Below are positions 54,143-64,000 of a stretch of DNA of 64,000 bases, piece by piece. Position 1 is the stretch's first letter, and the number at the start of each line of letters is the position of its first letter. This DNA comes from Octopus sinensis (Eukaryota): contig NC_043000.1 in the NCBI RefSeq assembly GCF_006345805.1, positions 41,354,001-41,418,000 of the forward strand, given 5' to 3'. The translations under genes and the position numbers were made by a program. Under the pieces are notes generated by a model. The model was not told the DNA's origin, searched no databases, and worked only from the letters and a program-made list of their open reading frames with translations.

Positions 54143-54174
<32 letters not shown>

Positions 54175-54227
54175 ATACGTATGTATGTATGTATGTATGT
54201 GCGTGTATACATGCACCTATATTAATG

Positions 54228-54281
<54 letters not shown>

Positions 54282-57200
54282 TATACATATATATGTTTCT
54301 ATATATACATTTATACATACATATATATGTCTATATGTATATATGTATGAATGTATGTATATATGTATCTATGTATATACGTATGTATGTATGTATGTAT
54401 GTATGTATGTATGTGTGTGTGTATATATGCACCTATATTAATGAAATATACATTCATACATACATGTATATGCTAAGATAATTAGTTGCAATTCGCACAA
54501 GTCTTCTAATACAACTTTTTTTTTACAAAGTTATGTAAAACACACTATACGCACGCGCAATACACTCACACTCACACATGTGTGTGTACAGACGCATATA
54601 CACACAACGCATATTTGCGTATGTTCTTGTATGCGTCCTTGAGTCTGTGTGTTTATCACATACGCTTTACCACGAAGATGGAGTGTATACGTTAATAGTG
54701 TTTGCTTCTTTATGCGCATGTACGTATGTATATATATATAATTGTGGTCTAAGTATATTAATGTATATGTATGTGAAGGGTGAGTGTGGATGTTTCTGCG
54801 TATACGTGAGACAGAGACACAGAATAAGAAAACGAGAGGAAGGATGTAGTAGAGGTTGAGAGTTTATGTGTCAACTAGAATTCAATGTGATTTAAAGTTG
54901 GAATGAATAGTTAAGGTTCGTATTGAAAGAGACCAGCAACACATCCCTACCGCTGCTGCCAAATCACGCCTCTCAATACAACAATTGCCTACGTTGCTGT
55001 CTCCACAACCGCTATGACAATCACAACCATCGCCAGCATCGTCGCCACCACCACCACCACCACCACAACCGCCTCATTCACCAATACCACCAGCATCACT
55101 ACCTCCATAACGAACCCATAACCGCCGTCACTACAGTCACCTCTCTACAAACAAATGCAACATCAACACAACAACAACAACAACAACAACAACCATGAGT
55201 AAAAATAGATGCAGGCATGGCTATGTAGTTAAGTAGTTCCCTTTACAACCACGTGGTTCCGGTTTCACTCCCACTTCACGTACCTTGGAGTTGCATGTTC
55301 TTCTAAAGTTCTACGCCGACCAACGCCACTGAGTAAATCTGGAAAATGGAAACTGTGCGGAAGTCCATCGTGTATATATTTTTATCTTACTCCTTTCTCG
55401 GACCGTAAAGGCTGTTACTCGGTTTCCATTGCATATAAATGACTGAGATTACAACTTTTTTCCCAGAAACGGTGAAGCCGGGCCATTGTCGGATTGAAGG
55501 CCAGCAATGTTGACCGAAAGGAGAAAATCGTTTAGTTTGAACCCCAACGGAAGAAAGGCAAAGTTGACCTTAGAGGGACTTCAACTCAGAACGTAAAGAA
55601 CCGGAGTAAATGTAGCTAAGCATGTTGTCCGACGAACGAACGATTCTGTCAGCTCACCAACTTCGTATACATGCATACATCCATACATATATAAACACAA
55701 AGATACACAGATATACTCACACATACACGTGCACACTCACACACACACACACACGCACATGCACATATCATTTTGTAAACACAAGGTTTAAATTCGAGGT
55801 GCAATTAGTTTCATACTGTAAAAAGCACGATAATCTGAAAAGCTTGTATAGCATGCCCTGTATTTTCAAGCAATCTTCCAAACTCATATACACAACATGC
55901 ACCCTTTCTCGTTTATTAAATAAAAAAGAACAGTCATACATGTGTGTGTATGTGTGTATGCATGTTTGTGCGTGAGTGTGTTTGTGTGTGTGTGAGCATC
56001 TCTGTGTGCGCACGCATTTTTTTGTGTGTGTGCGTGTGCGTTTGTGAGTGTTTGTTCTTGTGTGTGTGCGTGTGTTTGTGTGTTCACGCGTGTGTATGTT
56101 TGTATGTGTGTGTGTGTGCGTGTGAGTGTGTGTGTGTGTGTATGTGTGTGTGTGTCTATGTGTATGTCTATGTAGTTGTCCCTCACACAGCTTGACAAAT
56201 GTTGTTGGCTTCTTTACCTCATAGTAACTTATCGGTTCGGTTGAAAGAGACTGATAGAATAAATACTAGGCTTAACAAAAAAAAAAAGTACTGGTTTCAA
56301 TTTCTTTGATGAAACTCTTCGATGAAACGCTTTAGCGTTTTGTTCTCATCGTCTCTTTGCTGCTTTTACACGATTTTGCTGCGAGCTCGTCTTTTCCTCT
56401 TCTGTTGGGTTCTTTGCATTTTATTTCCTGAAGAAAATATTGCAGTGTTCATTAAATTTTCACTCTTCAGAGCTTATGTGTTTGATGTCCAAGCTGGACG
56501 TCATTATGGCGGTGACTAAGAAAAATATAGTCAGACAAAGAAATACAGAAAGGATCACTTGATAGCCCAAGACAACAAGAATCATTCCAGAAATCTGCTC
56601 CCTGCTCCATTACAGGCGTGGAAACTAAAGTAAAGTTATTGACGGTGTAGGGCAAAAGTTCTAGCCGGTATACTTGTGGCAACAATAGCCACTTGTAAAC
56701 TTTTTTTAATCTTTAGAAGAGGGTTAATTTATACTAACAATTCTAGTAGCATTTCTCTTTCATTTAACCACTAAGGGTAACTACTTTATTAAATCTACAA
56801 AATGGATAAACTTAAGATCATCTTGCAAAAACGTGTGGAGTAGAACAAACAAGTTATACATACATACATACATGCATACATGTATGTATAGACATACACA
56901 TACATACATACATACATACAGACAGACAGACAGACAAGATAGATAAATGATAGATAGATAGGTATGTATGTATATATATATATATATATATATATAGAAC
57001 AGAGGTATCAGAGACGTTCTACAAAGATGATACTTTGATATGAAAGGAATAGATAGCTATAACATCATTCGATAAATTTAACAAGTTATTTGAAAAGGTT
57101 TCCCATCTACATAATGGGTAAAACCACACTCGTTAGCTCATGTTTGAGTACACTTCGCCTCTACTCGTCTAGTATTATTCATACTGGAGCCTAGAGCATC

Positions 57201-58031
57201 TTAGGGTACACAAGGCTCCAGTATGAGCAGTATAGGAACGTCGCATGTCCTCTGGATATTTCTGTTTCAGCAATGATAATATTTGACATCATTTTAATAT
57301 CGCTTATAAATTTGATGTCCAAGTTGGACCTCGTTATGTCGGTGGCTAAGAAAAATACAGTCAGGCAAAGCAATACAGAAAGGATATAATAAAAGATAGG
57401 ACGATATCTGAGAGGGGGAGTCAATAAGTTTTATCCAGTTAACTCAGAGCGGCTGAAATCGTTGAAGCTATGGTAAGAGCGACAGACAGTCAACACTGCT
57501 TCAGCTAATGCTTATACTGAAACTGAGTGAACTTCAGGATCGATGTATAAGTTAAACCTATTTATGAATATGTATTCGTCGACAGAATATTAAAAAAATT
57601 AAACATATGCTCTACACAAAGATGGAATTTTTCAGTGACTTATTTCTTAAAAACGTATTACATATAAATTTATTGGGTGATCAGCAGATAAACAAACAGT
57701 GTTAGTAAATATATGTAGTTTTTACAACTAGACGGTGGAAAAGATAGAATAGACACGAAATCGCAAAGTTTCAAATATTGGATTTCTGTTTTCCTCGAAA
57801 GGTTATAACTGCCATAGGAAAATGTACATTGTTACATAGGTTTAGGTCGATTGTTCCAGACGTGTTAATAAACACACACACTTGCACACACACACACACT
57901 TGCACACACACAAAGATGCGCTCGCATGCGCACACATATGTATACCCGTAAACACTTTTTCTTTCTCTTTAACACTAACGTCTATCTATTTATTTATCTA
58001 TCTAAGTATATATATTATGCTTATGCAAATC

Positions 58032-58448
58032 TTATTTCTTTATTGCCCACAAGGGGCTAAACACAGAGGAGCCGATTATATCGACCCCAGTGCATAACTG
58101 GAACATAATTTATCGACCCCGAAAGGACGAAAGGCAAAGTCGACCTCGGCGGAATTTGAACTCAGAATGTAAAGGCAGACGAAATACCGCTAAGCATTTC
58201 GCCCCGCGTGCTAACGTATGTCTTTATTACCCACAAGGGGCTAAACACAGAGGGGACAAACAAGGACAGACACACGGATTAAGTCGATTACATCGACCCC
58301 AGTGCGTAACTGGTACTTAATTTATCGACCCCGAAAGGATGAAAGGCAAAGTCGACCTCAGCGGAATTGGAACTCAGAACGTAACGGCAGACGAAATATG
58401 GCTACGTATTTCGCCCGGCGTGCTAACGTTTCTGCCAGCTCGCCACCT
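58032..58448 (-). mobile_element. Dimeric SINE type B
   Basis: Same dimer structure as 19672-20072. Confidence 0.85.
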
Positions 58449-59413
58449 TTATGCCTATGCAAATCTTGATGCATGTATATCTACTCAAATCTATACAGTA
58501 ATTCTTGGTGATCAAAACCGAAAAGCAACACTAGATATTTAAAAACAACAGTAAAGTTTAATATGAAAATTTAAAATGAAATAAAAATAAAATAAAATAA
58601 TATGCAGCAAGATAGAATGAAAGGAACAAAAATATATAAACCTTCATTCTGAGAAGAAAATAATGCTAACGATATTCTTATACACCAAAGCATCATGGGA
58701 ATTTTCTAGTGATACAAGAACTGATAATTTAAGATCTTTCAAGTATTGTCTGATACATTGTTTAGTTTAGTTTGTGGGTGTTTTGAATCTTTTTATTTCA
58801 ATGGATCGTATTTATTTTCATTTATCTATCGTATTTCATTCATTTTCTCATTCTCTTCACGAAGGGTCGTAATTCTAATTTCACTATAGAAACAACATCA
58901 ATAACATCAACGAATACAAATGCCTTGTTCTATGTCATTGTCCTCTGACTTGATATTTGTTTTTTTTTGTTTTGTTTACTTGTCATTTTTGTTACATACA
59001 GAGACACATACACATAAGCACATGCATATACATACACACACACACACACACATACAGTGTATATTTTCTTATTGTGCTTTCTTTTCATTGCTATTGTTGT
59101 TCTTGTGTCAGTTGTCGCCCCTAATGTCATGTTAACGTTGTATACATTCTCAACTACTAATAATAAATACTACGACAACAACGACGATCACTACCGACAC
59201 AGCCACCACCACCACCACCACCACCACCACCACAAACAGCAACAACAACAACAACAACGCCACCACGATCATGGTCGTGGTTGACATCGTTATATCTGTA
59301 ATCAGAAACAATTTGAGTTAAATAGTTTTACTTGCTATTGTTTTGTCTGGGGGTGGGATAGCAATTTTGAATGAATGTATACGTGCATGTCTATATATAA
59401 CGACATATATATA

Positions 59414-59506
<93 letters not shown>

Positions 59507-59618
59507 TACAGACACACATATATATATATATATATATACGTACCAGGCATGTTTTCGACGTCTCCCCCCAGGACGAAGAGAAATTGATTTTATTTAAAAT
59601 TTTTATAAATTTTTTACT

Positions 59619-59661
59619 AATATTTGATAAGATGAGATTCATCATCGAAACCGGTAATATT
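59619..59661 (+). ncRNA. Degenerate type I hammerhead relic
   Basis: AATAT-TTGATAA-GATGA(gattca)TCATC-GAAACCGGTA-ATATT: all three stems intact, two core substitutions (C3U, G8A). Confidence 0.5.
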
Positions 59662-59761
59662 TTCTTTCTATAATTTTTAAATCATGTTATTAAATCTTTT
59701 TTAAATTGAAATGATTCTGTTCTGTGTTATTTCCACCTCCATCTTTTATATATAAAATAAT

Positions 59762-59842
59762 ATGTCAAGGAATGGTGGGGGAACAAACACAGACACACAA
59801 ATACGCACATCCAAACACAGACACAGACACACACACACACAC

Positions 59843-59910
<68 letters not shown>

Positions 59911-60069
59911 ACGGGCTTCTTTCAGTTTCCGTCTACCAAATCCATTACAAGGTTTTGGTTGACCGGAGGATATAGTGGGAGACATTTGCCCAAGGTGCCA
60001 CGCAGTGGAACTGAACGTGGAACTATGTGGTTGGGAAGCAAGATTCTTACCACACAGCCACTCCTGTGC

Positions 60070-60071
<2 letters not shown>
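59762..60071 (-). mobile_element. SINE type A head and internal microsatellite
   Basis: Collinear with 16860-17097. Confidence 0.8.
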
Positions 60072-60112
<41 letters not shown>

Positions 60113-60120
<8 letters not shown>

Positions 60121-60775
60121 ATATCAGGGTAGTAAAGATTTTAGAAATATTTTTACTACCAGTGGCCTAGCGTATAGAAAAATTAGTCAATAGACTATAC
60201 ATTATTCCTATAAAATACAGTGTAGATTTAAACACATTAAGAGGTGTCCATCATAGGACTACCTTACGCTAGAAAGTACACCTAAAGTCCAAACCACTAA
60301 TTAGGGATTAATTTTCGAAGGGAATGAAAAATAAAAACATTTGCCATCTATTTTGTGGACCGGTTTCTGACATTTTTTTAGGAAATAAAATAATTTGCCA
60401 GACGAAGTCTTCGTCAACAGGTATGCCAAGATTAAATATATAAACACGAAGCCAATCCAGTATGTGCCTCTTGCTTATGCATTTTAATTTTTTTCAAATC
60501 CACCGCACAAGCGCAGTTTTTTGTCGGCAGCAAAATATGCCGGCAATTTCTTCGAACGAATTCTCCAGAAATCCTTATACATAATTAATAATATCAGAGT
60601 AATAAAGATTTAAGAACTTTTTTTACTACCAGTTGCCTAGCGTATAGAAAAATTAGCCAATAGACTATATATTATTCATATAAAATACAGTGTACATTTA
60701 AACACATTAAGTGGACTTACGCTACCTTACGCTAGAAGGAACAGCTAAAGTCCACTGGTAGTTAAAAAATTCAGT
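60113..60775. mobile_element. Penelope-like pLTR relic: ~180-bp direct repeats 470 bp apart with an internal GAAACCGGTC motif on the minus strand
   Basis: AATTAATAATATCAG..CTACCTTACGCTAGAA at 60113 and 60583; short inverted bracket TTTTTACTACCAG / CTGGTAGTTAAAAA. Confidence 0.5.
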
Positions 60776-60799
60776 CTTCATACCAACCTAGCATTAACT

Positions 60800-61341
60800 C
60801 TCCATATTCCATCCTGCAGTCACAGTCTTCAGGCTTTAGCTCCTGCACGTAATGGGGTTTCCACAGACGAAAATTCAATTCTTTTTGCAACACCGTACGT
60901 GTCTTGTTAGTTTACTCTCACGAGCTGCTTGACGTGTTGATTTTTGTGGGCTGCGATTAAGCATTTCCTGTACTGTTACCACATTCTCCACTGATCGGGA
61001 TATGGTTGGATGACCACTTCTTGCATTGTGGTCAGAGCCCGTGGTCATCAGCTTTGCATGACAGCTTTTTATTGTTCCCGGACATAGTGTTGCATGCTTA
61101 CTTTTCCATGCATGCCACCATCTCTGAACCAAAAACAATGGAATTCCACACTTCATAGCGTGCTGCTATTTTAGCTCGCTCCTGAACTGTCAAACGACCG
61201 ACCGTCTGGAAACTAAGATAATAAAAAAATAAGAAATCCTCATTAGTGTTGTTTGTTTAAAAAATGTTTTAGTTATGACTTCAATGACACTAAAAATTCT
61301 ATAAGCAATTTCTAATGCCTAGTAACTTTCCACCCACCTTG
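60800..61341 (-). mobile_element. Tc1/mariner-superfamily 5' fragment (TIR plus N-terminal HTH region)
   Basis: TA|CAAGGTG terminus; GRLTVQERAKIAARYEVWNS..TIKSCHAKLMTTGS..RSGHP..RSPQKSTRQAARE..KPHYVQEL; start codon mutated, frameshifts. Confidence 0.8.
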
Positions 61342-62629
61342 TATTTCTATTTATGATTCTATGGTATCTATGGGATGGGCGATAATATTTATAAGGTTTA
61401 GAAAAATTATAAATGTTATTGACTAAAGAATAAAGCTGCAATATAGTTGATTTTTTTTCTTTTTGTGTGCGTGAATTCGAGGTTTGTCTACGCAAAACGT
61501 TAAATTGTTCTCCCGTTTAAGACCCTTCTCAGTAGTTTGACCTCAAAAATTACCAACACTTAGTGAACGAAAAGATTTTCGAGTTGGCCATAATTAGTTA
61601 CTTATTAAACCTTTATTGCAGTGGTGTTTATTCTTAACGCTAGGTCAACCTAATTTCAACACGTTCTGATCATATGCATTCAGAACATTTTTCCAGGCAA
61701 TGAATAAGATTATGCAATGAGTACTTCCAATCTAAAAGCAGTACAATAATTAAGATGGCACTTGGCTGACATTTTCTGCAGGTTGAGTGCTGGTTTCTTT
61801 CCTCGTTATATGCTCCATCTGTAACCCTATTAGCTGTTGAGTTAACTTTTCAGGATGACAAATTGTATGAAAAATATTTCCAGCGAACCAATAAGTGGAT
61901 TTTTATTTGGTGGCTCGGTACATAAGAAATAGCAGCCGACTCACTCTCAAAACACACACTATGTCTTAACATATAATAAAGATACATTCGATGATGTGGC
62001 CTTATGTAAAAATAAACCCCCCCAAAAAATAACTGTTAGTTAGAGTCACGGCTATGATAATAGGTTTGCTCGATCAGCAAGGACCTGAGGCTAAAAAAAA
62101 CAGCAACAAGAACAACACTGCCAACAATAGCCTCATCAGCAGCATTAGCGGAGTTATATTCTTATTCTAAATTTCTGTCTAATCACCATCACGTTCTTCC
62201 TTATGCACAGGGCTGCTTTACTAAGTTAGTGTGATGTTATTCATAGAAAGGGCCTGTTTGAAGGTTTTTAATCCGCGAAGGTTGTTTTGAGCGCACGCAA
62301 TAAAGAAGTAGACAAGGTAATTATTGAATTCCTTCCAGGCAAAACAAAATCCGAAACACTAAAGACTCAGACAAGACAAGGTGAGTTTAAGCATATACCT
62401 CTAAAGAGTAGACCACTTAAGCGAGCGTCGGCTTAATGCTAATTTGTGATAAATAACTTATAACCTAATCTCAGTGTCTCCTCCTTTGTCTCAGTACACA
62501 CACACACAAACACACATACGCGCGCGCGCACACACACATATGCACACACGCACAAACACACACACATACGCACGCACACATTCACACAAACACACATACA
62601 CATGTGTGCGTGCTCTCACACGTATATGC

Positions 62630-62678
<49 letters not shown>

Positions 62679-63300
62679 TATATGTGTGTATCTATGTATA
62701 TAAATATAAATTCATATGCACAAATACATATGCATATATGGAAACTTATAAACACACATATGCATATACATACATTCGCACATACGCACTTAAATAAATA
62801 CTAATGTGCGCGTGTTTATGTATGAGAGTTGTGGAAATTATCTGCTATTCCATAGCTCATAGCTTCATTTCAAAGAGCATTATTCAAATGATATCTCAGT
62901 TAGATTCTCTAAAAACAAATAAACCACACTTGTCATCTAGTCTCCATACAATCAAACTATATTTTCCTAAAAGTCATGTCAATTTCGGAGAATAATTGAT
63001 TCTTGGGATTATCTCCCTTTCTCTCTGGGACTTGTCGTAGTTGTCAGGAAGCATTTGTTTTCTCTTAAAGGGAAAATAATTTCAATGAATCAAAATCTTA
63101 TTCAATATGGTATTTAATACACCTTAATTCGTCTTTATTCTCCATGAGTCACTTTGAGTTATTTCTCTTACTAATTTTCCTTATACTATGAAAATTACCC
63201 TTGGTCAGATCTTTATCTACACACATAAGAGTCACGTCTGCTGGAGTGACGGTAAGAAAACTGCGGTATAGATGAGGCTACTTTTGCACATTGCGATGTA

Positions 63301-63519
63301 TTATCTAGGTTTCTGTAAATTTTCATTACTGACACTAGCTCGGTTAATTAGTGATTCAGTTTTGCGTAAAGTGTCTATGGCACCAGAGTAATTAAAAATT
63401 CGTAGGCTCCTTTCTTGTAATATTGGTGCAGCTGATGCTAGTCTCGAACATTTATCCATCAATACAGGCAGAAATAAAAATACGACTAGAAGAGGCTTCA
63501 ACGTTTGTTTCAAATGTTT
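63301..63519 (-). CDS. Candidate exon encoding a signal-peptide-like N-terminus (unverified)
   Basis: Open frame KHLKQTLKPLLVVFLFLPVLMDKCSRLASA/APILQERS..; begins directly after a TTACTTCTGCTAG acceptor-like site; no ATG upstream of the hydrophobic segment and no recognised family. Confidence 0.25.
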   Translation of the reverse strand, partial: KHLKQTLKPLLVVFLFLPVLMDKCSRLASAAPILQERSLRIFNYSGAIDTLRKTESLINRASVSNENLQKPR

Positions 63520-64000
63520 CTAGCAGAAGTAACTTAGTTAAACCTAGTCAAGAGTAAGATTGTGGAGTTTGGGTTCTTGAATCACTCCCAGCTCAGTACT
63601 GTTGAGCTAAACCTATTATCAAAGGCATTCCATCTTTTAACATCCTATCTTTTTCACATATAGTGTGTCCAGGACATCGTTATCTTGTGTGTCATTCATT
63701 TATCAAAAACATTATGGTCTGGTTGGAGAATGATTTAGCAAGTATTTATAGAGACCCAGTGATCACATAGAAGCGTTTCTATAGGCTTTATCTTTTTGAT
63801 GCTAAATAGGATATGTGAGGCATATCACTCTTATAAAATAATTACACACACAGAGACACACACATGACTGAGGGTGTTAGAAACATCTACATTGCTAGAA
63901 ATAACAACTCAACGCTCTAATGCTGCAGTCAAAGTACATAATTGTATACATACATGCTAACAGGGACCGTAATCACCCGAATAGCAGCGGTCGCGGGCGA

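Overview
AT-rich, microsatellite-dense eukaryotic DNA that looks intronic or intergenic. The SINE, LINE and MITE families resemble, from memory rather than a database search, those of octopus (coleoid cephalopod) genomes. No host protein-coding gene can be identified with confidence, and most ORFs in the supplied track are translations of (TA)n, (CA)n, (GATA)n or (AAT)n repeats. Recognisable content: decayed LINEs (CR1, RTE x2, Tx1/L1 x3, R4/Dong-like), Tc1/mariner relics and MITEs, non-autonomous Helitrons, three recurring tRNA-derived SINE types (one dimeric), and a 1.7-kb tandem duplication. The strongest unexplained signal is a set of type I hammerhead-ribozyme motifs (CUGANGA...GAAAC...GUH with closing stem I) of the Penelope kind. 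They sit in inverted or palindromic repeats, once per unit of the 1.7-kb duplication, and in one case downstream of a tRNA-derived Pol III head. All folds were read by eye and are untested.
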